A DNA stretch of 64,000 nt from Vicugna vicugna (GCA_013265495.1 MU058059.1:2953502-3017501), one strand, 5' to 3'. Numbered from the stretch's first letter, positions 13,645 through 27,045 are shown. The notes: a model not told the origin generated them from the letters alone. Numbers and translations are program-made.

Positions 13645-14950
13645 TATTTTCTTATTTTTATTTTTTTTAATTGTAAAATATACATAACAAAATTTTCCGT
13701 TTCAACCATTTTTTGGTGTACAGTTGAGTGGCATTAAGTTCATTCACATGGTGCTTACAGAGCATTTTTTCATCTTGCAAAACTGAAGCTCTGTGCCCAT
13801 TACCTGATACCTCCCTGACCCCCCCAGCCCCGGCGGCTGCCACTCTCCCTCCGTCTCCATGAACCTGACTACTCTGGCCCCTCACGTGAGTGCAGTCATG
13901 CAGTGCCTGTCCTTTCGCGACTGGCTTATGTCCTTAGCACAGTGTCCTCAGGGTTCGTGTGTGTTGTAGCGTGTGCTGGGATTTCCTTTCTTGAAGCAGA
14001 ATGATATTCCATTGAACAGTATGAATATTGCGTTTTGTTTCTCCATTTACCCAGCAGACACTTGGGCTGCTTTCACCCCTTGGCCGCTGTGAATAACGCT
14101 GCTGTGAGCGTGGGGTACAGATGCCTCTTCCAGTCCCACGTTCAGCTCTTTCGCGGCATGTGTCCAGACGCGGGACTACGGGGTCCCGTGGCGATTCTGT
14201 TTTAATGGTTTGAGGCACCTCCATTCTTCCGCACAACGGCTGCACTGTTTTACGTCCCATCAACAGGGTACGAGGAGTTCCAGTTTCTCCACATTCTCAC
14301 CAACACATCATTTTCCAGTCTTATCATGCATCCATTCTAACGGGTGTGAAAAAGCATCTCACGGTGGTTTGACCTGCGTCTCCCTGATGACGAGTGATGT
14401 GGAGCCTCTTTCCATGTGCCTGCTGGCTGTCTGTTTATCTTCTTTGGACAAACATGTATTTAAGTCCTTTGTGTATGTTCTGTTTTACTAAGTCACGCCA
14501 AATGGGTTATCAGAGTGGTTGTAGCAGCTTATACGTGACCAGCAAGTTATGTAAATTTCATTTGTTTCATATCTGTGCCAACTCTTATATGGTTAGACTT
14601 TTTGAAGTTTTGCCAGCCTGCCGACTGAAATGGTACAGCCTTAAAGTTTCAGTTTGCAAATGCAGCCAAGTGTCATCTTCTGTTTTGGGATGTATCTGTG
14701 GTTTTTGGCAGTATCTTCTGATGAACAGAAGTTTAAATTCTAATGTGCTTAAATTTATCAGTCTTTTTATGGTACGTGCCGCAAGGTCATGCAGGTACTT
14801 CCCTCTAATTCTGTACTTGCACGGTCAGGTTCTTGACCCCAGCGGGACTTACCTGTGCTGTAGGCTGTGGGCGGGGCTTTGTTCATTTCCCGATATGGAT
14901 GACTTGTTGAATCACTTCTTAGAGCAGCCCCTTGCACCTTGAGCAGAACG
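13645..14950 (-). mobile_element. L1MB-like element, 3' UTR plus ORF2 end
   Basis: ttttaattgtaaaatatacataacaaaatttt...gtgtacagttgagtggcattaag; acacttgggctgctttcacccc; ggttttgacctgcgtctccctgatgacgagtgatgtggagc. Confidence 0.85.
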
Positions 14951-15367
14951 TGTCCCCGAGTTACCAGGGAGCTTTTGCAAACTGCACACCCTCTTCCCCC
15001 TCTTCTGACGAGTGAATCCTGAATTGTGTGTGTGTGAAAAAAACACCCAGTGGACTCTTCCGTCTGCTCTCCCTGAGCACCGCTGCCTTGGAGGCAAGGG
15101 GACGTCTCACGTTTCCGGGATGCTGTAGTGCATCAGGGTCTCGTTCTGTTACTCAGAGGTTCCTTAGCTCTGTTCAGCGCTAACTGGCCGCCTTCTCAGG
15201 GTTGGACCTGGAACCTTGTCTTGTGTTACATGTCTGTGTTCTCAAGAGATGATGAGAATTGGTTGGCACGTTTGTGACAGGTAACGTGATGGTGGGGTCA
15301 AGGAAGCAGCGTGCTGTGTGTAAGGAAAGGGTGGTGCTGCCCGGTTTCCCACCTGTCAGCTGTTTGG

Positions 15368-15797
15368 TTTTTTTGTTTTTTTAATTGAAGTATGGTTGGT
15401 TTGCAGTGTCGTGTTCAGCATAGTGATTCAGTTATACATTTATATATTCCTGTTTATATTCTTTTTCATCATAGTTTATTACAAGATGTTGAATATAGTT
15501 CCCTGTGCTGTACAGTAGGACCTTGTAGTTTGTCTAATCTGTGTATAGTAGTTTGTGTCTGCAAATCCCAACTCCTGATTTGTGCCCCCCACCCCACCGC
15601 TGGTAACCATAAGTTTGTTTTCTATGTCTGTGAGTCCCCTTCCGTTTGGTAAATAAGTTCGTTTGCATTATTCTTTTAGATTCTACGCCTAAGCCATACC
15701 ATATGATACTTGTCTTTGAACTGACTTCACTTGGTATGATAATCTCCAGGTCCATCCCTGTTGCTGTAAATGGCATTATTTCACTCCTTTTTATGGC
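15368..15797 (-). mobile_element. 5'-truncated L1 3' end (camelid/artiodactyl family)
   Basis: ttaattgaagtatggttgg...tggtaaccataagtttgttttctatgtctgtgagt...tccaggtccatccctgttgctgtaaatggcattatt. Confidence 0.85.
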
Positions 15798-16344
15798 CCC
15801 TTCTCCGGGGCTGTCAGTCACCTACGAGGTTCCATCTTCGTGGAGCACTTTCTCGGGCACGAGGAAAGGTGAAGTGTCCTCTGGCAGTGCCCCAGCGTGC
15901 CCTGCCACCCTCGCCGTGTCCGGCTGCATCTTATGTTTAGTCCTGGCATGAATGGACGACCTTAGGAGACAGCTGGCGGCTTACCTGATCTGTTTGGCAG
16001 CAGTAAAAGATGGGGCTTTTGAGGAACCGGCAGTGTTTTTGGTTTCTGGGACTTTCTTCCCTGGGCAGTATCGCCAAGTTCCTAAAGGCATCACAGAGCA
16101 TTTGGGAAATCACAGCTGCTCTGTGGCACAGCCAGCTGTGTGGCCTTGGCAGTGATGGACTCGTGTCGGAGTGGGACCCCTGGAGTGAGAGGAGGGGGCA
16201 GGCTGCCTGCGCAGGGCCCCTGGCCACGCAGCGTGACCGCCGCCAGGGGCCCAGGGGGCATCTTGGCAAGTTGAGCCGGCCAGGGACGGCCCACCGGGAT
16301 CTCGTGTCAGGCGTTGTTCCAGAGGCAGCGGGGCCTCACAGGAG

Positions 16345-16480
16345 GGCTTTAAATGGGAAATGACACGAGGAGAGTTGCATCTTTGGAAGGCGATTGGCAG
16401 GAGAGTGAAGCCAGAAGAGGCGGGCCAGTTTGGAGGCTGTTGCAATAACCTAAGTGGGAAACAGCAGCCCGGCCCAAGGC
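16345..16480 (-). mobile_element. L2 fragment
   Basis: Purine-rich ggcttttaaatggga...ggccagtttggaggctgttgcaataacctaag, typical of antisense L2. Confidence 0.45.
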
Positions 16481-17371
16481 AGGTGCAGGCGGATGGGCCT
16501 AAGCTAGGGAAGGGCTATGCCACCTGTTAAAGCCCGTGAGAGCAGTGCCACCCGCTCATGGCGGCCCAGGCCTCAGTGCACTGCAGCCCGGGTCACTTCC
16601 TCACCCTGTATCTCGGCCAGGCTGCTTGATCACGAGACCTTCAGTGTCTGCAGCTGTAAAGCAGACATATCAGTGGCTACCTCCAGTTTGTTCCGATGTT
16701 TAAATGAGATAAAGCTTTGCTCTGAGAGGAGATACAGGCTAACAGAAAATTAGATTTTGAATTTGTGTCTTCGTCTGTAGGGACTATTAAAGTTGGTTGT
16801 CAGCTGGTTGGCCACACGTGACTGCCAAGGTCAGAGCAGCCTGGAGAGAGCCCAGACCCGGAGGCCGTCGTCCTCAGGGGCGGGGCTGCACCTGCTGCTC
16901 CCGCAGAGGCGGGGCGCCTGGTACCCAGCGCGGCCTGTGCTGTCGCCGGGCTGGTCGGCTGGGCTAGGAGGGAAGTGTCCACCTTCTCATCGGGGAGAGG
17001 GCAGAGAGGAACTGTAGAACGCTGCCAGCTCTTCCTTGGGGTTACAAAGCTGGGCCCCAAATGCACAAATCTAGAGGGACAGTCCTCCGTCAAAGGCTTG
17101 AGAACTACTTTTCCCAGCATGGGAGGAGTTATAGCAAGATTATTGACGTGTGTTTTGTTTTTTGCTTGAAAAACACTACTCAAATGGGATATTAAAATTT
17201 TTAAATATAGATTTTGTATTTCGGTATTTAATAGACACTCAATAAATATTAGTTGAAAAACATTTTTTTAAAAACCCATATGCTTCTTGCTACATTGTCT
17301 TAATACAGAAATTAAAGCTTGATCCAATTTTGTTCTTGTCTCCAGATTTTACTAATTATACTTGAAAAAAA

Positions 17372-18580
17372 TTTTTTTAAATTGAAGTACAATCAGTTAC
17401 AATGTATCAATTTCTGGTGTACAGCACAATGTCCCAGTCATGCATATACATACATATATTCATTTTCATATTCTTTTTCATTAAACGTTATTATAAGATA
17501 TTGAACATAGTTCCCTGTGCTACACAGAAGTAACTTTTTTCTAAATCTATTTTTATAGTGGCTAACATTTGCAAATCTCAAACTCCCAAATTTATCCCTT
17601 CCCACCCCCTTTCCCTGGTAACCATAAGATTACTGTGTCTGCAAGTCTGTTTCTGTTTTGTAGCTGAGTTCATAGTGTCCTTTTTTTCCCCCTTGTTTTA
17701 GATTCCACATATGAGTGATATATGGTATTTTTCTTTGTCTTTTTGACTTACTGCACTTAGAATGATGATCTCCAGGTCCATCCATGTTGGTGCAAATGGT
17801 ATTATTTTATTCTTTTTTGTGGCTGAGTCGTATTCCACTGCATAAATATACCACAGCTTCTTTATCCAGTCATCTCTCCATGGACATTTAAGTTGCTTCC
17901 ATGTCTTGGCTATTGTATATAGTGTGGTTATGAACATGGGGTGCATGTGTCTTTTTGAATTAGAGTTCCCTCCGGATATATACCCAGAAGTGGGATCGCT
18001 GGATCATATGGCAAGTCTATTTTTGGTCTTTTGAGGAATCTCCATATTGTTCTCCATAATGGCTGCACCAAACTGCGTTCCTGCCAGCGGTGTAGGAGGG
18101 CTCCCTTTTCTCCTCAGCCTCTCCTTTTGAGAGATGGCCATTCTGACTGGTGTGAGGTGATACCTCATAGTTTTGATTTACATTTCTCCAATAATTAGTG
18201 ATATTGAGCATTTTTTCATATGCCTATTGGATATTTGTATGTCTTCACTGGAGAATTGCTTATTTAGGTCTTCTGCCCATTTTTGGATTGGGTTGTTTGG
18301 TTTTTGTTATTAAGTTGTATGAGCTGTTTATATATTCTGGAAATTAAGCCTTTGTCAGTTGCATCATTTGCAAATATTTTCTCCCATTCTGTAGGCTGTC
18401 TTTTTGTTTTGCTTATGCTTATCCTTTGCTGTGCAGAAGCTTGTCAGTTTAGTTAGGTCCCATTTGTTTGTTCTTGCTTTTATTTCTACTGCTTGGGTAG
18501 ACTGCCCTAGGAGAACACTGCTGAGATTTATGTCAGAGAATGTTTTGTCTATGTTTTCTTCCAGGAGATTTATCGTGTCT
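17372..18580 (-). mobile_element. Young 5'-truncated L1 (~1.2 kb) with ORF2 C-terminal remnant
   Basis: Minus ORF 17698..17946 ([20 protein letters not shown]...WIKKLWYIY) and the INLLEENI...[15 protein letters not shown] segment are L1 ORF2. Confidence 0.93.
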
Positions 18581-19642
18581 TTTATTGATGTGCTTTTTGA
18601 ATGCACTGCAATCATAATCGGATTATCCACCCGACTTGAAGGAGCTCTTGGCTCACTCGAGTGCTTTTTCTTCGTTGCAGTGAAGTGACTTCCAGTGAAA
18701 CTGCGCTTCTTTCGGGGAGTCACAAGATGGGCACCCCGACTTTGCCGAGGTCGAGGCCCACAGAGCTGCCTTCTGCCTGTGTGTTGATAGACGGTCCAGC
18801 AGCAGGAGATCCCGGGGGCGAGGGCAGCCACTGTGGGCAGGGCTGTGCATCCCCACGCTCCCGCACCTCCGCCAGGGCCTCCCACTGGTTTCCGTGGCAA
18901 CGGGTGGATGGATGGGCAGTGCTCTGGGTAGCAGACCCAAGGCAGGACCAGCATGTGTGGGCACTACTGGGACAGCGTGCTTCTGTCCTCCACGTGCATG
19001 TCTCGCAGCACTGGAGTTCTGTGTGTCTGGATTCTAGTGAGGAGAGAGTATTTGTGCAGAAGAGGGATTTGTGAGGCTCAGGCTGCCACTGACTTGCTTT
19101 GACTTGAATGTTTATAAGGAATTTGGAACATGTTTGGACATAGCTTGTGTGTGTTCTGTCAAAAGAAGGCTCCAGAAGAATATTTCACCAGGCACTTGGC
19201 TCTCTTTTTTAAGTGCTGTATGCAGAGACATTAAGCACGTCTCTTTCAGTGACCACCCCGGAGTGTAACATGATATTTTATCTCTACTTCGTGGTTTGTT
19301 ACCACAGCATATGAGCTATGCTGTTACTACTGTTCTGGGTTGTGCTCAAAAGTTGGCCATCTCGGCCCTTCCAGAATTAGGTTGGTGTTGTTTTGCAACA
19401 AGATAATTTAAATTTTGTGCTGTAATTTCTCCCTGGAGTGCTATGTTGAACACCCATTTCCCCTCTGTCAGCACCGAAAACAAGTGTTTTTTGTTCTTGG
19501 GGGTTTTTGCTCCATGTCCTTTAATAGTCACTGAGACATGGGGCAGACTTCCTCGTTTCTGAATCCCTCAGGTCCAGTACCGGACCGGCAGGTGTTGGGG
19601 TGAGATACAGGGGAGGCACAGTGTGAGCCATGGCTTACTGAG

Positions 19643-19952
19643 AGGGGACATCACAGTAAAAAAAAAAAAAAATAGTCCTTTTTTTGGTTATCATGTTGAA
19701 AACAAGATTAAATTAGGAACATGTGGAGCTGGGGCAAATGGAGTCAATGATAGGTACTCTCTTTGGAAAACTGTTCCACTAACCTGGGCATAAGGTGTAG
19801 GGGACATCCAAGTAAAAAAAAAAAAATAGTCCTTTTTTTGGTTATCATGTTGAAAACAAGATTAAATTAGGAACATGTGGAGCTGGGGCAAATGGAGTCA
19901 ATGATAGGTACTCTCTTTGGAAAACTGTTCCACTAACCTGGGCATAAGGTGT
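19643..19952. repeat. Direct tandem duplication, two ~155-bp copies (19643-19798 and 19799-19952)
   Basis: Both copies read aggggacatc...gt(a)n tagtccttttttt...ggcataaggtgt; they differ only near the start (cacagt vs ccaagt) and in the A-run. Confidence 0.97.
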
Positions 19953-22900
19953 TGGAGACCTAGCTCAGGGTAGTGGGGCAGGAATAGAGGCGGAATGATA
20001 CAAACGGAAGTATCTCGAAGTGAGGTTTGCTGATGAGCTGGTAAGAGCAAAGTGACAGGAAGGAGAGAGGATGTGAGGACTCCAGCACTTCGAATCTGGG
20101 ACAGCTTGATGACAGGAATGGACAGGGCTCCTTTGGGGAGAAGAGGCTGAGGTCAGACTGGCCCTGTGGGATGAGGGAAAATAAACATCATCTTCTGTTT
20201 TACGTGAGAACGTCTGAATAGTGTTATTCTGAGGAGCAGGTGTAAATTTCACGACGCCATGTACGAATCATCTGCATAGTAGAAGGACTGAGTGGTAGTG
20301 TTGCAAGTTTAATTTTTTTTAATATTTAAGCTTCCACATCCTAGTTGCTGATAGAGTGCTGATACTTGATAACTTAAATAGAAAAAAAAACATTAAAAAA
20401 AATTCTATAGTTCTCTCTAGCAACTGTGACTTGTTTTGCCTGGTTTGCTTTGGAGGAAAGTCTCAGAAAAGCCTGGTCTGGCTCTTTATCTCAGAGAAGA
20501 CCACAGGGAAGAGTAGACTCAACAAAGAGTAAAAATATTTCCAGTCTTAGGTGCGCTGGAGTTTCTGTGCCAGACACAGGAGTACTTCTAAGGTTCTTGG
20601 GGTAACTGTTTAAAACTCTTACTGGCTACTTTCCCACTTTTTAAACCCAATAGAATGTTATTAAAAAATATTGTCGCAGGTGAGTTCTAGAAATGGTGAT
20701 GACTTATGTAGCCAAAATCACGTATCGTGGAGTGGCCTCTAGGCGCGCCAGGCATGGAGGGTGTTCCAGGAACGGCACAGCCCCTGCCCTCCAAGGGGGA
20801 CGTGATGGGGAGGCTCTGGGCTTCGCACAATGCACAGTAAACTGTAAGCGAGACGTAACCACCGGGGCGTGAGAAGCCTCAGATGACGGGGGGGCGGACA
20901 GGAAAACTCAGGCCCCGTTGCCATGCCTAACGTGGCCATTCTGACCTCCTTCTGCAGGAAGAGGGGGTGGAGCTGAGCCAAGGCAGAGGCAGGCTGCACT
21001 TGAACTTTTACTGCTGATTGCACGGAGCCACAGGAGCCCTCAGCGGGGGAGGGAGTAGCGGCAGCGGGGCCAGAGCCCTGGCCGGGCAGCGGGGTCGCCT
21101 GGCGGGGCGATGGGAGTCTACGCACAGGCTCAGAGCTGCACGTGGAGGAGCCTGGGTTGAGCAAGAGTTTCCGCAGACAGCTAAAATCACTTTTTTAAAG
21201 TAGCAAGTGCTTGAATTCTATTGTTGCCAGCCTGACGTTTGAATCTAGTTGTTTTCCTTCCGCTCAACTAAGGTCCACTGGAGATGCTCAGCCGTTACCT
21301 GAAATACAGATGTGGACAAGCCCAGGGCTTGACTTTCACCCTGTTCACAGGACAACAAGGACCCCTGCTGCTGTGGCAGGGACGCCAGGGTGGGCTCCAG
21401 GGCCAGAGGCGGAGGACTCTGTCACCCCGGGCGCCGCGGGCAGTGTCACAGTCAGCTCCCCTTGTCCCCAAGCCCAGGGAGCAGGACCCTGTGGGCCCAG
21501 ACGGAGGCCGTGCTGACAGTGGGCTGGTGTCACCGCGGGGGCACTGGGCCGGGGGACCCACCGTCTCATAGCACATGGGAAGCAGGCCCGTTCTTCATTG
21601 CAGAGCGAGGCATTGCCTCATCCCTCAAGGTTGCTCCCTGCAGACGCAGTCCTAAAAAGCGGTCGCAGGTTTAGGCTGGTCCGAGCTTTTCAGCCCTGGC
21701 GTACCCAGCCGGATGTGGAGGAAACATACCATATTTATAGGACAGAAACATATAAATGTCGTGGTATTATAGGTGAGAATATGAGAGGAGTTGACATTTG
21801 TGTCTGCTTAATAAAGGACCGTTTCACAGCATATCATTTAGTTATATCACAAATTTAAAATGAATATTAATTTTTATTTCAAACTATTTGAAAATCCTAT
21901 TGTTCTTCCCACAGACTGTGTGATAACTGCTTGAAAAATGTTCTCCTCCCCCTTTCTCACTCTTACTCTTATTTTTAAACAGCCGTCTATGAAATACCCG
22001 CTGTGCGCACAGCATCCTCCCAGGTGCGGTGGGCCATGTGGAGGAATCAGCGGACGCAGTCATAGCCTTGGTTGTGTAGTATGTTAGGACGCTGAGCCCG
22101 GCTTCCGTGAAACAACGCTGTTAAATCTGTCCAGTGCTTGATCACAAAGTGCCAGAGCCATTGGGGAAGAGTGAACCCAAATCGTTTTGTAAGACTTCTG
22201 TCCAGAGTGGGCACCTGTTTTTCACCTGACCTGTGTTCCGCAGCTGTGGCCTCCTGGTTCCTCGTCGCTATATTCCAGATGCACTCAGTTCTGCAGAACG
22301 TCCGCTGCCTGGCACCGCCGTCCCCCTGCCCCATTCTGTGCCTCGTGTCCTCTCCTGTTCTCCGTCTGTGTCTCTGATGCATGAAGCCTATGGTTATCAG
22401 TGGGAAAGGGGTTTAGTCCCTCGGGCTTCTTGGTGGGAAGACATTACTTGCGGGTGGGGCTCACACGCTGGAAAGTCTCCCCAAGGCTGCACTTTGGTCC
22501 TTTCCACGTGGCAGTGTCAACGACTCCCCTGGCTGTGAGCAGCTGGCTTGGCCAGGTCATGGTCACAGTTCTGGTAGGGATGGGGTGGCGCTGAAGTTGG
22601 AGTCACGGAAAGCGTCACGTTAGTCTCTGGGTAACCACGATGTTGACACGGCTGCGTGAGAGCACGTCTGAGTGGTGCCAGGTGGACCTGTGCCACGCCC
22701 CGCTCCTCACCGCCACGCTGGAGTTAGGCGGTCTGCCCATAGGAGGGCGTGGCCCAGGGGCTTGTCTGAGGTCACACAGCCCGTGACAGGACGAGGATGA
22801 GGACGAGGACTCAGGCCTTCTAATGCCAAGGTCCTAAGTGCTTTCTGGGGTTTTGGTGGTGGTTGTCACTTGTAAACCAGGATTTACTTGAGATGAAAGC

Positions 22901-24323
22901 TACCTTAAGAGCCGGGAAAACCCTGGTGTTTAGTCCGTGATCCTCTCCCCTCTCGAGCTCAAGTTCAGCACGTGGTGGGGGGACAAGAGTGGGGACTCTC
23001 CAGCCCCAACTCGCACAGCACACGCGGCCGTTGTTCCTGACGAGGGCGCGATGACCCCGCAAGGCTTCCTTTCCGCCAAGGACACTCCAAGGGCATCTCA
23101 CAGCCGCCTCCTCGCCTTCCTGGGGGCCAGCTCTGTGCCAGGAAGTCCTCCCGCAGCCAGTCTGCTTCTCAGGGTTCCAGGACATCTCTCCAGGGGCCCC
23201 AGCGTTGCCCGACCTATTTTGTGATGGGTCACGACTATTTTTAGTGTCCAAGTCCCCTCTGAAGGGCATGCCATCCCTTGTGGGAGAGAACACGGTCCGG
23301 GGGTCACAGGGAGCTGGGGGTGGAGCAGGCTTGAGTGGGGCTCACACAGCGCGTTCGAACCCGTCACACCAGGTCATCCTCGCCTGTGCTGCTGGGCTCA
23401 TATTCAGAGCTAGAGGTATTCAGAGCCCGGAGGGAGGGCCGTAGGCTCTGTCCTCGGAGCAGGGTCCCGAGCCCTCGTGCCCAGGTGCCGTGGTCACTCC
23501 CATGGGGCCCGGGCCGTCCCAGAGGGCGTGAGGCAGTCTGGTGACTCGGGCCCTGTCACGTTTCCACGCTAGCCCCGTGCGACACGGCGGCCTTCGCCCG
23601 CCGTGAGGAAGGATCCGCCCTAGCAAAGGCAGGAGGGTCAAGCTCTCACTTAGAGCTTCAGGATATTGAAGGCAAGAGGCAAATGTTTTGGAGAAAAGAT
23701 AAATTCAGACACTTTGCCAGGGAGGGAGAAAGAGAAGATGGCACGTGAAAGAGGAGAGGGTGTCTTCGTCTGGAATTCAGGGGTCGTCAGCTTGAAGCAC
23801 CTGGAACCCGCTCGCAAACCCCAGAGAGCTTAAGAAGATGCTCCGAAGCCCTGAAGGAGGCGCCGAGAAGGCCAAGTAGTGCTTCTGGGGGCCGGGTCTC
23901 CCCCGGGGCCCTTCCCCCGGGCAGTAGTTCGACTGTACCTGCTCGTGCTCACCCTGCCCCCGGCCCCTGACTGACGTGGCCAGCAGGTTGGCTTAAGCCG
24001 GGCAGCGAGGGGACAGTCCGGCCGAGAGCCCGCGGCAGAGAGCGGAGGCTGGTGACGGGGCCCGACCGGAGGACTGTTGGCCTGTATCCTGTGAATCCTG
24101 TTTACACAGGCGTCCAGGTGGAGTTTGAGTGTCGTCGCCATGGAGATGAGTCAGAAGTGTCGAGGAGGGTCTGGGGGTCACAGTGGCCCCATCACAAGAA
24201 GGGTTCCGGTTCCATATGCTGACCCACGTCCCAGTGCAAAAGCACATCTGTGCTGAGCACAAAGGTGTGTTATGGAGCTGCACGTAGAGAAAAGCAGAGA
24301 TGATTTGCATTTTTGGAAAGGTT

Positions 24324-25122
24324 TGTGAGGCTCTGATTCTGACACCAGTTCCGATCCCCGCCCCAGCATCACCAAGCAGTTAAGTCAGTTCTGTCCACCG
24401 GGAGGTGGCATCAGATCTCACAGCTTAAGGGCCCAGTCCTGTAAGACTCTCCCCCCGCCTCCATTTCAGACGCCAGTCACGAGTCCGGGTTGTCACCTGG
24501 CTTCGGATGGACCGGCTATAGGCAGAGGGTCCCACGGCCCCTCCTTTGGTTTGACTCATCTGTTAGAGCGGCTCATAGAGCTCAGAGGAACGCTGCTCTC
24601 AGTAGATCGCCAGCCTATCGTCAAAGCATGTAACTCAGGAGCAGCCCGTGGAAGATGAGCGCAGGGCCACGTACGGGGCAGGGAACCACGCTCTGTCCGA
24701 GCTCCACTCTGCCGGAATCTCCACGGGTTCAACCTGGAAGCTCTCTGAACCCCATCCTTTTGGGGCTTTGTGGAGGCTTCAGTACGGAGACATGATTGAT
24801 TAACACTGGTGGGTGATTCCGCCTCCAGCCTCTCTCCGCTTCCTGGAGATCTGGGAATCGGGACTGAAAGTTCCCACCCTCTAATCACGTGATTGGTTCC
24901 TACGGCAAGTGGCCCGCATCCTTAGGCGAGGTCCAGAAGTCACCTCGTTAACATCAACCCCAGTGTGGCCGACTATGAATCTGGGGTTTGTTATGAGTAT
25001 CAGGACGCCTGTACCACTCTCCTCACTTAGGGAATTCCCAGGGTTTTGAGAGTTTTGTGCCAGAAAGAGCAAATTCCAGTGAAGACTTTAATGTACTCCT
25101 TGTTACATATTACAGTATCACA
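24324..25122 (-). mobile_element. MER21-family solo LTR
   Basis: tctgacaccagtt...gagcggctcatagagctcagagg...ggaagctctctgaacccc...ctgaaagttcccaccctctaatcac...gggaattcccagggttttgagag...ending acagtatcaca (reverse complement of the TGTGATA start). Confidence 0.85.
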
Positions 25123-26108
25123 GTGGAAAATTCTAGTAAGGCGGTCTGATACAGTTTCACCGTTGTTTAAAAGCGATACGTTTGCACCGTGTTAGGCACT
25201 CTTGTCTTCCTTAATTGCTGACGGTATCATTGATAAAATCTGCATGTTCTTCTGCTATAGACGTTTTTCCTTTAACTGGTTTTACAGCTGTGGATTTGGC
25301 TTAAACAAGGTTTTGAAGACTGGTTTGTCAGCTTTTTATCCAAGCAAGATAAAAAGAAGTATTTTCGAAAAATGACTCATGAACTAGCTGGTGGCATCCT
25401 GTCGGCTCATCCTTCCCTCCCGAACTTCACCAGATGGCACCGAAAGATTTTCCTGGTCACGTGACTGCGGCACACTTCACGTTTCCTGGGTGGAGCTGAT
25501 TTCACGCGACCGTCTTTTATAGACCACGGAGGTGCCGTCCCCCGGGCTCTCCTTAGTCCTGAGGGTTTGGGGTCGAAGGCAGTGGAGGCCTTTTCTGGTT
25601 GGTCAGCCTCATCTGTGACGAGCCTGGTGCTCCTGCCTCAGGATACTAGTCAGGCTCCTGTGACCTGACAGATCTGTGCAAGTTTGGTCCTGCACGAGCT
25701 GCGATGGTGTGACTTTGTGCGGTTGAGGTTTCCTGACAACTGTGCGTGCTGCTTACGTCGTTAGGTCCCCGCACCTCCCAGGAGCTGCCCCTCAGGGGCT
25801 GTGAGTTCTCGTCTGCACACAAGGAGATGCTTGGACTCCCTTCCCTCTCGTCTTGACCCCCTTGTTTCCAGCTTCCGGTACTCCTTTCACTCTTCTTCCC
25901 GCACTTCCACGAGGAGCGCAGTGTGCATGTGGGCACGTACAAAGAGCACGCAGGGACTCCCGTGGCAGGTGCATCTGCTAAGTTTAAGACTTTTAATTCC
26001 CATGGGAAAAAAATCAAGTTTTCTCCCATTACTACCGTCTGGTAAATCTGAGGTATTCTTTTCTGCAAATGAATTATGCTCACTGAGAGGAAGCGTTTTG
26101 CTTCTTAG

Positions 26109-26123
26109 GAAGAGACCATGCAG
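26109..26123 (+). CDS. Candidate 15-nt microexon (EETMQ), or the 3' end of an alternative first exon
   Basis: ttttgcttcttag|GAAGAGACCATGCAG|gtaata; phase 0-0; TGC in the pyrimidine tract; TGCATG at 26221-26226. Confidence 0.4.
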
Positions 26124-26552
26124 GTAATAGTAATACTTGATTAAAATACAGTGACTTGGAACGTCAGCAGGGGAGAATCTACCTTTGGAAGTACAATAAA
26201 ATAAAAAAAAAATTTGTTAATGCATGCCATTTTTTTATTTAATAAAGAAAGAAAGGTCTTTGGAGAAAAAACTTGCTAAGGCTTTGGTCACAGTTTAAAA
26301 GCTGCCTTCAAAACATTTTTAAACTGAGTTCATCTGAATGTGTATTTCACAGATTAGAAACAGTGCTAGCTAATCTTAGCTTCTTGGCCATAAAAGGAGA
26401 GGAAGAATGTATAGCATTGTACACACGGAAAGTAAAACCAAGCCAAGGATCTTCCAGTGACACCCCAGTCATAAGCTGCAGCCGTCCACAGAGTTTTGCT
26501 TGGGGCCCTTTGTCATGGCTCTTAAAATAGACTATCTTGGATATAATCAGCA

Positions 26553-27045
26553 TTTTTTAATTGCGGTAAAATAAACCTAACTAAAATATACAACTTTAAT
26601 CCTTTTTAAGTGTACAGTTCAGTGGCATCAGATACAGTCGTAGTGTTGTGCAGCCAACACCACTATTTTCAGAACTTTTTCATCGTCAGAAACTTTGTAT
26701 CCATTGAACGGTAGCTGCTGCTGCCCCCCCCCGTGCCTCCCGCCCCCCCGTTCCTGGGATGGCGCTCCCACTTTCCGTCCTGAGTCGGCCTAATCCAGCT
26801 GAAAGCGGGCACTGCTTGCTCTTCTTCATCTGACGTATTTCACCTGGCATAGTTTTCTAGTGGGTGTTGTATGTGTGTCAGAATTTCCTTCCTTTTATGG
26901 CTCAACACTATTCCATTGTGTGTGTGTACAGATCACATGTGTATCCGTTTGTCTGCTGATGGACACTTGGCTTGTTTGCACCTTTTGGCTGTTGTGAATA
27001 ATGTCCCCACTGAACATGATGGTGCAAATGTGCATTTGAGCCTCT
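26553..27045 (-). mobile_element. L1MB-like 3' fragment
   Basis: ttttaagtgtacagttcagtggcat...gttgtgcagcca...gatggacacttggcttgtttgcaccttttggctgttgtgaataatg. Confidence 0.8.
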
